Below are positions 53,926 to 64,000 of a stretch of DNA of 64,000 nt, in pieces. The DNA comes from Azolla caroliniana (taxonomy: Eukaryota; Plantae; Polypodiophyta): contig JBHGNT010000009.1 of the NCBI GenBank assembly GCA_043228905.1, forward strand, positions 22,320,001 through 22,384,000, in the 5' to 3' direction. Position 1 is the stretch's first letter, and each line of letters begins with the position of its first letter. The translations under genes were made by a program, and so were the position numbers. The notes under the pieces were generated by a model. The model ran no database searches. It had not been told where the DNA came from and worked only from the letters and a program-made list of their open reading frames with translations.

Positions 53926-54801
53926 TATATGTTGTCTCCCTCCCTCTCTCTCTCTCTCCTCGTCTGTGTAGTTCTCCCTACCTCCCTCTCTCTCTCTCAG
54001 ATGATCCACTATATACTATATACTATATAGTATACATTGTACAAGCTCTCCCTCCCACTCTCTCTCACGTATGTGGTCTTGACTCTCTCCCCCCTCTGTG
54101 TAGTCTCTCTCTCTCTCTCTCTCTCTCTCCTTATATGTTGTCTCCCTCCCTCTCTCTCTCTCCTCGTCTGTGTAGTTCTCCCTCACTCACACACTCTCTC
54201 TCCCATCGTCTGTTTAGTCTCCCTCACTCTCACTCTCTCTCTCTCTTTCCCCTTGTCTGTTGTCTCTCTCCCCCTCTCTCTAAAGTTGATAAACGGTTTA
54301 GTCAGCTTGAGCCGATTTGGCGGGGCTCAAGCCAAGCTGAGCCAAGCTCAAACCGTTAAGGCAAGTTCAAGCCTAAACCAAGCCGCTAAGCCGTTTTCAA
54401 GCTGGCTAAGCCAAATGGTTTAGGCTTGAGCCGAGTTGTTGCCGATCCTTACCAAACTATTTAAACCAAAACCGTTTAGGGAAAAGTTGAAACTAAACCG
54501 AACCGTTTATTAATAATTAAAACCAAACCAAACCAATTAACCATTTTGGAACTTATAAACCTTTAAATCATGGCTTAACGGTTCGGTTCGGTTCTAGCCG
54601 AAACCAGGCCCATTGCTATGAACTTGTTAAGCCTTAACCGGTTATTGAATTGGTTAAGCCTTAACTGGTTACTGAACTGGTTAAGGCTTAACCGGTTACT
54701 GAACTGGTTAAGCCTTAATTGGTTACTGAATTGGTTAAGCCTTAACCGGTTTGGTTTGGACAAGGCCAAAACGGTTTAGTCAAAACCATCGTTGATTCCT
54801 A
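53339..54801. mobile_element. Older hAT MITE (outer) hosting a related MITE
   Basis: Degenerate TIRs TGGAAATCGGCAATGG / CCATCGTTGATTCCTA, degenerate 8-bp TSD CTAAGAGT / CTTGGAGC, AACCG arrays, and a 27-bp GGTTAAGCCTTAACC repeat at 54620-54750. Confidence 0.65.
53661..54451. mobile_element. Non-autonomous hAT element (inner), 791 bp
   Basis: TIRs TAGGGATCGGCAAC / GTTGCCGATCCTTA, perfect 8-bp TSD CCAAACTA (53653-53660, 54452-54459), (CT)n-rich interior. Confidence 0.92.
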
Positions 54802-55148
54802 CTTGGAGCTTCACAGAAGCGAAGAAGAAAGAAGAAGAAGAAGGCAAAAAAAGACCCTCTCAGATAAACTTAGAAGAATAAGATAAAAAAACCCTAGAAA
54901 ACTAAGCTACCCTAAAACACACACACTAAATGTAGCAACTCCCCAACGGCTCTTTTTTAAATCTTCTTCTTCTTCTTCTTCTTTCTTCTACCCTGCTCTG
55001 TTCTCCTGCTTCTTGTACCCTCCTCTGTTCCCCTTCTCCTCTGTTCTCCTCTTTTTGTTTGGTCTTCTTCTTCTTCTTCTTCTTCTTCTTCTTCTTCTTC
55101 TTCTTCTTCATCTTCCGTGTCCTCTGTTTTGAGTCTTGTTGTGCAGGT

Positions 55149-58100
55149 ATGGGATGGTTCTTTGGATGTTTTGGAAGGAAAAACAAGAACCCTCGTAGCA
55201 ACAATGGAGATCAGAGCCTCCTTCTCCCTCAACCTCTGCCCTTCTCTCCATCACAGCCTGCATCCATTCCTATCAAAAACCTAAATCCTTTGAAAGAACA
55301 TGGTATGACCTCCTTTCTCTGTTTCTTCTTCTTCTTCTTCTTCTTTAGAGACTAATTATTTACATATGATTCATCCATTTGTATTTCTTCTTCGGATTTC
55401 TATTTCTGATATATCAACATCTTTTCTTCTTCAAATTATTACATTCGATTGATCCATGGATTCCTTCTTCAAATTTATAAATTTGATTTGATCCATGGAT
55501 TCCTTCTTCAAATTTATAAATTTGATTTGCTGCATGCGTTTCTTCTTCAAATTTATAAATTTGATTTAATGCATGTGTTTCTTCTTCAAATTTATACATT
55601 TGATGTGCTCCATCTTTTCTCTTTTTCTTTTAATCATAGTCTCCCTCAGAACAAGGCCTCTTTCAACTAGTGCGCCCCCTGTCAGACTCGGCTATGGCAT
55701 TCTTCTTCAGGAAAACGCCGAAAAAATGTCAGAAAAGAATAAAAGCAATAAGAAGAAACAGGAAGATCCTTGGTCTCAAGTAGATGATCTAGCAGAAGAG
55801 CTTGAAGATTTAAGGAAACAAATCGAGAAAGGAACAACAGCAGCCCATGATTCTAACAGCAATCAAATTACAGAGGAGGTAGGGATCCTCTCTCTTATAT
55901 ATGCACTTATATGGTTATATATATCGTATACATCTGCACATATATGGTTGTGTGTATGTGTATGTTGTCTTGATCTATATGATAGGAAATAGAATTTCTA
56001 AACAATTAATGAATACAAATTTTAATGCATTAGGAATTGCTTTTTTTAAAGTCATGTGGAGCATTATCTCAATACCATTGAGAGTTTATATAATACATAT
56101 CTATAAAACTGTTGTCTTCCTCACATTGGCAAATGAGTTTGCTTGACAAATAGGTTTTTTTAAAGGTCTATTTTTGGCAATTGGTCTAGGTTACATTCCT
56201 TAAGTCTTGTGGAGCATTGTCACAATCTCCTTCAGAATTTGAAAAGAAAGAAGTAGAGACTATAAGCACGTCCAGCTATTCAAGGGGATGGCATTCTTGG
56301 TTTCTACCAGCATCTATGAATTCTTCTCCAGCGCTACCAAAACTACCTCAACCTCAGCTTTCCGTCGGAAAAAGGAGAGGTGCTGTCCAAGGTCTACAAG
56401 TTGCTTCCTCGTCAAGCACACCTGCAAAAGAGGCCTCTGGGATTATACATCGGCGAAATGAGATGAAGTATGTTAGCCTTTATTTTTTATTTGAATCATG
56501 ATGACTATATGCTGTATATATGTATGTGTGTATATGTATGGTAGTAGGAAGATAAGGCAGATCTCATCTGTTTTCCATCATAAATGTATGAATGAAGTAA
56601 AATGAGCTCGAAATTGTTTGGATCATGAATAAATGCATGTGTATATGTACACCATATATGCATATGCATATATGTATGGTAGTAGGGAGGTAAGCCAGAT
56701 CTCATTTGTTTTGCATCATAAAATGTATGAATGAAGCAAAATGAGCTCTAAATTGTTTGGATCATGAATAAATGCATGTGTATATGTACACTATATATGC
56801 ATATGCATATGCTGCTTACAGATATACATACATTTCCCATAAATTAGAAGAGTACCCAGTTTTCTTAATCTAGGTTTCATGATACAGAATCAAGGACAAT
56901 CTTCACGTTGGCTCACTTGTGACATCTGAGCATATGATGGAGGATTTGGAGAAGCAAAATAATTCAGGGAATCCTCCAGTAGTAATTCATGATCCGTGGA
57001 TGGGTGAATCTCAGCCATGCAATGCAAACATGAATGTTATGTCCACTCCAACTCCACTCAAACACAATAAAGTTTCAGGCAATGCGAGTGCCTTGACCAA
57101 GCAGATAGAAGAACATGAACTTTATATTTCTTGCATGGATAAAAGCTCATCAACAAAGGATGTCAATGCATCGAGGTTCAAATCTATTGAATCATTGAAA
57201 ATCTCAGCATTGCCCTCAGCTCAGGTGATGAATGAAGCAATAATTACTAGTGGAACAACCTCAAACACAATGGGTTCACATGAAAAAGATGATGAAACCA
57301 TCAAAATTTTAGAACAAGTTAATCATTCATGTGATAATATTATTAGTAAAAAACAATCTGCAGAGTTTGTTAGTAGCTCTGTCATTGGTAATCATCGATA
57401 TGCAGCAGTGGATAGCACTGTTTCTGCCTCACAGGTTTTATCTGAAAGCTCATCCTTTTCTACTACAGCTGAAAATTCATGTGAAAGTCCATCAGCCTCT
57501 GTCTCTTCTTCATTTAATGCCACAAGTGCTGACATAAAAACAAAATTCAAAGGAGCTCGCAATAATGGATCTTACTTTCAGAGTGATACAATTGTTGCCC
57601 GTTCTATAGATAGTGAGCAAACAGTGAGTGATTTAAACCATGGATACTGTATTTCCAAGTATGGAAAGCTGAAACGTGAAGATAGTGTGATTAGCTGCTC
57701 AAGTGAAGGTGGCCCAGAAATGGCCTCATATAAGGAAAAAGTAGCAACTACACCTCATCAAAAGTATGGCTCCAAGAAAACATCGATGGGGAGGAGTCTC
57801 CAAAGCAATACTGTGGATGAAGGTTATTCTGTAGATTCATTCTTGGAACCCATGTCTCATGATTCTGGAGAAAACCATGATGATCCATCCAAATGTGTCG
57901 ATTCAAATGGTGTAGCTCTGCAACCAAAGAAATCGGAATCTATAGATAGTCTGAAAATGACTCATCATGAATTGACCACTACCCCGATAGCATGCTATAA
58001 GCCACAGAGGGTAAGGAACCAACCCCAATCCCCTGTTCTAACCCCGGTGGAAAATGAATTTCAGTGGAAAAAGTTGCAGGAGAAGGAAAACAAAACCAGT

Positions 58101-59074
58101 GACCCTATCACATCAGCAAGGTTGAAAAGCATTGTACCAACAGCATCAACGAAGAGGGATATTCCTGAATCCATCAAGAACAATAATGTGTTGGCATCGA
58201 GGAAAGAGGGGTGGGATGAAAATACATATCGAGGATCCAAGAACATGAATTCTTATACTTCGGAAAAAGAGGCAGTTGTCAGTATAACTGCAAGTTTCTC
58301 AGAGTGGTCTAGACCCCCTATGGAAGAAGAAGGGAGTCACAAGACACTTCAATATGATGATATCTTACATAAGGAACTCATTGCTGTGGATATGAGTCTT
58401 TCACATTGGCTCAATCCATCATCATCATCATCATCTAAACAAGATGGTGGGGTAGGATGTGCGTTGGTGACTCCAAAGAACTGCTTGCCAAGGCCACCAG
58501 TACTTCCTATACAACCTGAACTCTCGCCGAATTTGGGTCAAACTGAGAGGCCAATTTTGGGGCAACTATCACCAAAACTGGCCCAAAACGATAGGCCGAA
58601 CTTGTATCCCTTTTCTGGATATCGACAACAGCATAACACTTGCGTTACTCAAACAGTGCATTGGGATGGGCAGGGGATACCCAACACAACCACCAAGTAC
58701 AATGAGGTGACTTAAACTTTCCCAATTAAGCTTTTGATTTGATGCAAAGCTAGGTGGCTTGCTCTCTCTCTCTCTCTCTAGAGAATTTCTAGTTTAATTC
58801 ATGCAAATTTTGGTTAAATGCTGCATTTGTATAGGATCAGAAGGTAAAGTGGTTTTCCAGTCCATTTGAGGTGAGGCTGGAGAGGAAGCTGGGTAAGCAA
58901 CAAGAAGCTGGGTTGCAGAAGTAAGTGTCGCTTGGTAACGATTGGAAAGAATGGGAAAAATCCTAAATGGTAAAGCATCCTTCAAGATAACTCATTAATA
59001 AATAACAAATCTTCTCTTTCTTTGGGTTGTTTTATAGGAGGCTTTTTGGAAAACCAACATCAGGAGATAGATGA
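55149..59074 (+). CDS. JASON-like protein
   Basis: Exons 55149-55302, 55640-55878, 56190-56467, 56888-58706, 58835-58920, 59038-59074. N-terminus MGWFFGCF, conserved EVTFLKSCGAL..SP.E, VDMSLSHWL, RPILG, and C-terminal WDGQGIPNTTTKYNEDQKVKWFSSPFEVRLERKL typical of the JASON family. Confidence 0.88.
55420..55605. repeat. 39-bp minisatellite (4-5 units) in JASON-like intron 1
   Basis: TTCTTCAAATTTATAAATTTGATTT recurs at 39-bp spacing. Confidence 0.88.
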
Positions 59075-59432
59075 TGCAGGAGGCGGCTGAAATATATTAC
59101 TAATAATTTGCTATTGATTTTATACACACACACACACACAAATATATATAATTATTATGTGCAGATTCATAACAATAAGCATATCAGTCGATAAGTTATC
59201 CAACAGCCTGTTGTGTATGTATTGCTCTTGGGAAATACACATAAATTTTCGATGTTCCTTGAAATATATGAAACAACGTCTCCCAACCCAACAAAACTAA
59301 GATGTTATTTGAATAAACAGTAGATGATGATAATGTTATAATGCTGCTGTTTATTTCAACACTTGTAAAACGGTTGGAGCAAACTCATACTTTGTGCTTT
59401 CTATTTAAATAAGTTTATTTTTCTTTAATAAT

Positions 59433-59740
59433 GGGCTTTGTTTGGAGAATCACTCATTGTGAACACAAATATATTAACAAAACAGCTTTTTAAACTCCAG
59501 AATTCCAAGTTCTTTGAAGTATATGAACTGGGCTTTGTTTGGAGAATCACTCAGTGTGAACACATCTATTAACAAAACAGCTTTTTAAACTCAGTAGAAG
59601 TAACAGATTCCAAGTTCTTTGAAGTATATGAACTGGGCTTTGTTTGGAGAATCACTCATTGTGAACACATATTAACAAAGCAGCTTTTTAAACTCAGTAG
59701 AAGTAACAGAATCCCAAGTTCTTTGAAGTACATGAACTGA
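59433..59740. repeat. 3 x ~100-bp tandem repeat between convergent gene 3' ends
   Basis: GGGCTTTGTTTGGAGAATCACTCA...CCAAGTTCTTTGAAGTA.ATGAACT starts at ~59433, 59530 and 59635. Confidence 0.9.
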
Positions 59741-61014
59741 GCTCTCCCAACACAACAATTCCAAGTTTTTTTAATGGAACAATCAATAGTTTGCTTATAT
59801 GAATCATTATGTTGTGTGCTTTCTAGATTAAAGTGGCTATATTGTTGAGAGCAATGGGTTTTGTTTGGAGAGTTACGCTAACCAATCGTCTTTGTAAACT
59901 CTCAATTCAAGTAATAGGACTGGACCTGATATATCAAGAGTTATTAATTGTGGCATGTTGATTTATTTATATATTCTTCAGGCATCTACGGGTAGGAATG
60001 TTCTACGTTCAGAAATGTAAAAGTATCATAGTATGTAAAAGCACCATAAATAAATAAATAAATGGATGATGTGTTTTTAGCTAACAAAAAATCTTCTAAC
60101 AAAATATACAGCAGCTATACTTCCAAGTATATTGGTGAGTTCAAACCATTGCTAAAAATGAGGTCCTCTCACCATTTTATGGTTAGCAGTATTGACGAGT
60201 CATCATAGTGCTAAAAAATGTCATTCCTTTCCCTAGTTTCATGCAAAGTTTTGGCACAGAAGGGGCTAAATGTTTCTGCTTTTGTATGAGGTTTTTCATG
60301 TTCTCAGAGTAATATTTGTTGGGATTTGATGAATGGATCAAATCTTGTTGCCATATCCTTGGAGGATACATTTCATTTTTTGGTTACTTCAGCTCAAATT
60401 TGCTCCAAAACTGATATATCAGAAGCATACTCATTATGAATCATTTGTGAATGGTCTATTGTCTACCATTAACTTGAGGTCGCGATATTGTCTTCCAGTT
60501 TCAATAACTGTTCACCCATGGTCTGTCTAAAGAACCTGTGCAGTTCAAATACCTTGACCATTACAAGCAGCCGCATTGGATTAGAAACTATACAGAGAGA
60601 AAATGATAATAAATATTACTGTAGAACAAGTAGATGAGAATAACAGACTCAACAATTCTCAAGATTTTTTGTATTAGGACAACCAATTCAAATAAACACA
60701 GCGCATTTGCACTTTGAATATAATTCATTCATGCAAACAAATAGTGTGATTCCAATCATTTCCGTTTACAATCAACAATAGATTGCAACATTAACAGAAT
60801 GTGAATCCAATCATTTTCATTTAGAATCAACAATAGCTGGGTACCCTCTACCCAATAGCATTGATTGACAAGTGCTTTCTTCCGAAGTTCCAAAATATAA
60901 TGACTTCAGTTATTTTCTGCTTCATAAAGCTAGCTTTTGGATGTTTCAATCATTGTAATAGAACCAAAACCCTTAAATGCATTCTGAGAGCCAAGATATG
61001 AATGGAAAATGTCT

Positions 61015-63129
61015 TCATCCAAGAACAATATCTTCAGGACTGTAATACTCTGCTACTAACCTGTAAACATAGGAAGGATTGTGTCCACCTCTGTAAGAAG
61101 AAAAACCAAGAAAAAAAAGTTCAATCAGAGGAATTCCATTTCCCTAGAAAAGTTGGATTCATGTGTAAAGTAAATGCATCATAGTATGCATTCTTCTCTT
61201 ACGTATCAGTAATAAACAGGCTCACAAGCTCAGGTGGAATGTAGTCAAAGCTTGGATTGACTGCTTGGAGTGATAGTCCACCCGAAGTTTGATTGATGTT
61301 CGCACAATCTGAGATATCTCCATATTCCAAAATATGAGATGGGGACTTCATCTCATTCACAACCACATATGGATTGTGAGGATACAACGGACAAAGCTAC
61401 ATTGCAAAATGACTTCAGGTTAGGACAGAATCTTCAAGAGAATTGATCAAGAGCTGCTTTTGATTTTTGTTATTTTCTACCTTGTGCAAGCCAGCCAGAA
61501 CAACAAAAGGAACCGCATGATGGTGTGCTGCAAGGGCGACCATATGAGAACCAACTGCAGCAATAACTCCTCCATTGGCCATGACAGCATGAGCACCTAT
61601 AATTACCTGCATAAAGCACAATTGTTTTACTTAAGTGTACAAAAAGTACTTATTGAGCTTCAACTTCAAGCCACACTTTTTGCATCAAGATATCAAAACA
61701 GATACAAACCATGTCCACTCGGGATATCATTGCATAGACTGCAGAATCAGTAATCACAGTTGTCTGAAGATCCAGAGTGGCCAACTCTCTGGCAAGTGAG
61801 TGACCCTGATATCTACAACCAAAATAGAAACAATCAACGTCCAGTAATTCAAAAATCAAGCATAGACAGAATTATAATCACATTAAATCAGAAAAAACAC
61901 CACAGATACACATATACAGAAGGAAGGTTAAATTCTCAAACCTAAATAGATCATCACCCTAGATAACCATAAAAAATAGGACAAACCCATCTAAGCTTAG
62001 AGAAGTCCACACTGATTATTGCACAACCACAAACAACAAAGTATTCTGACATAGTAAGGCAGTATATTAAGAAACAGTAGTCAAGGCACCTTGGAGCACC
62101 TTCAGCAACAAATACTTGAAATGACCTTTTCTTCTTTGCTTCATGCAGAAAATGCAGAAGTGATCTTGACCGTCCTATAGTAAGTATCACTTCACTGCAC
62201 ATAGAAACTATGAAAAATTATTGCATAACAAAGGAAAATAAGATGTTTATTGCATAGCAAAATGAGATGTTTATTCCAAAATTAAGGTAACAAACAAAAC
62301 TACCATTACATACTTCTGATGAATATGCTCAAGTGACTGCTCTGCAATCTGTGCATGATAATTATTTATGTCTTCAAGTAGCTCATTGATCGCCTCAATT
62401 ACTGAATTCCTTAGTCTTAACCCCTTGGAGTTTTTGTCATAAGCTGCATTATTTATAGAAGAATCAGCAAGCATAATTACTGAGTATAAATTGATCAAAA
62501 TGAGCCACTTTTACAAGGTGGTGTTTACATCTACTTTTTCCCTCCGAGTCACCCCCTGAAGATGATAGCGCCACTGCAGATTGTATTGGAACAGATTCAA
62601 GTAGATTATACAGCGAAGGTGCTCGTAAGGCAGTCCTATTGGCTGCTGCAAGGACAGCTGCTGATAAAGCAGGTAAGCCCTCACGATCCCTGTCATCATT
62701 GTCATCACTATCAGAGGGGGCCTCCACCCCTTCAGCTGAATTAGTGGCAATCGATATTTCCTCTTCGCGTATTATGTGTAGCACTCGTCTAACAATATTT
62801 CCAACAGCCAACTCTGCAAGGTTTGAAGAGAGATCTCTAAAACTTTAATCACAAATATTATAGGATTCCCAAAATGTTTGTAGCTATGTATGATAACATA
62901 CATCTACTCTTTTTAAATATAATCTGATGTGTAGAGGATTGGAAACATATAGCACAATACTGTACTAACCGATTGGATTAGCAGATATAAGACGGATGCC
63001 CACATCCTTAACTGCTTCGAGAAGGCTTGAAGCATGCCCAGAATGAGGGGTCCGTCGTTGAGAAACCACTTGTCGAAGCAATAACACTGTTAGCCTTGCT
63101 GAGTCCAATGATCCTTCCACTTGTCTGAT
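61015..63129 (-). CDS. Translation initiation factor eIF2B beta subunit (first exon beyond the window)
   Basis: Exons encode QVEGS..SAR.T..LLRQVV, ANPIELAVGNIVRRVLHIIREE, IAEQSLEHIHQ, EVILTIGRS, FQVFVAEGAPR, YQGH.LA, ITDSAVYAMISRV, VIIGAHAVMANGG, PFVVLAGLHK, NPSFDYIPPELVSLFITD, GGHNPSYVYRL.AEYYSPED. Stop codon at 61017-61015. Confidence 0.95.
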
Positions 63130-64000
63130 CCCTTCGAAAGAACACACATGCTATTATTACAGATTACCAAATGGTAAGGAAACAAATAAAGGACCTCTAA
63201 CTATGAATTTTATATTCACTCAATTTAGAATAATAATTTTAGATACTGTAGAGGGGCTAATGAATATACTTAAAGAGACTGACCTACTTGCTTCTGCCAT
63301 CTACTCTGCTTACATAAGGTTGACATTCCTCTTCCCTAGATTGTTTGGTGTGGACTAATGATCTCCATTAATTCTAATAATATTGTGAGGAATATGTTTC
63401 TAGGAAATCCTATAATTTCCCCTAATTATCAAACTAATTCAGAAAGCTGGACAGATGAATCTGCTATTCTCAATGCTTTGCACATACTTAGTGACATTAC
63501 TATTCATTGAAATATAAATACTGGAATCCACCTTTCAACCAGTAAAATAGCTTCCACTAAGCATGATTACAAATTTAAAATTGAAAACCAAAATTAAATT
63601 ACTAGCATGCGAAGAAGCATGGAATATGAGATACCCTAACAAGCTTCACACTCACTCACTCAGAAATGCATCTCTCAAAAAAAACTTATTAAATAACCCT
63701 CGCTTTTGCATGTCACAAGAGAACCCCTATCCCTCAAATAAAGCTGCAGAAGGGGATATATGCTAAAAAGAAACATGGCTCATACGACATCATCATGCTT
63801 CGATGTGATTTAAGGCTTGTTAGCTATGTATCTGAACACACCATGTGAAGGTGATGACACAACCTTTTAATGCATGCAAAGATGTGAAATGAAGAATTGG
63901 ATTGCCATTGTGCATGGAAAGGCAACAATATGTTATGCCATGTGCAGATTCTCCACTCCATCTTCTGATTACGAACACAAGGTTCTTCTGATATTTCTGC

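Noticed and set aside
54926-55355. Poly-Lys, poly-Glu and poly-Phe ORFs
   Set aside because: Artefacts of the (CTT)n tract. Only the part from ATG 55149 is supported as coding.
38672-64000. Functional gene cluster (glycosylase, RRF, JASON-like, eIF2B beta)
   Set aside because: Unrelated housekeeping functions with ordinary exon structures and no shared pathway or regulatory signal.

Overview
Eukaryotic, intron-rich plant genomic DNA. The retroelement types suggest a non-seed plant such as a fern or lycophyte (inference). 1-23.4 kb is a nest of decayed retrotransposons: (i) a minus-strand Copia interrupted by a Gypsy solo LTR and by a near-complete Tcn1/Tf1-type chromovirus that carries a self-priming signature instead of a tRNA PBS; (ii) two related plus-strand Copia copies; (iii) three co-oriented, nested tRNA-Trp-primed Gypsy 5' ends; (iv) a LINE 3' remnant. 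25-64 kb holds five host genes: a PIF/SPT-group bHLH (+), DNA-3-methyladenine glycosylase I (+), plastid ribosome recycling factor (-), a JASON-like protein (+) and eIF2B beta (-, 5' end off-window). Between them lie hAT MITEs with 8-bp TSDs, microsatellites and several tandem arrays. I found no rRNA, tRNA or CRISPR features. Exon boundaries were read by eye from GT/AG sites and conserved protein motifs; no database search was run. I see no clearly new biological system. The best leads are the self-priming chromovirus, the PIF-like gene with no visible APB motif and its upstream palindrome array, and the nest architecture.
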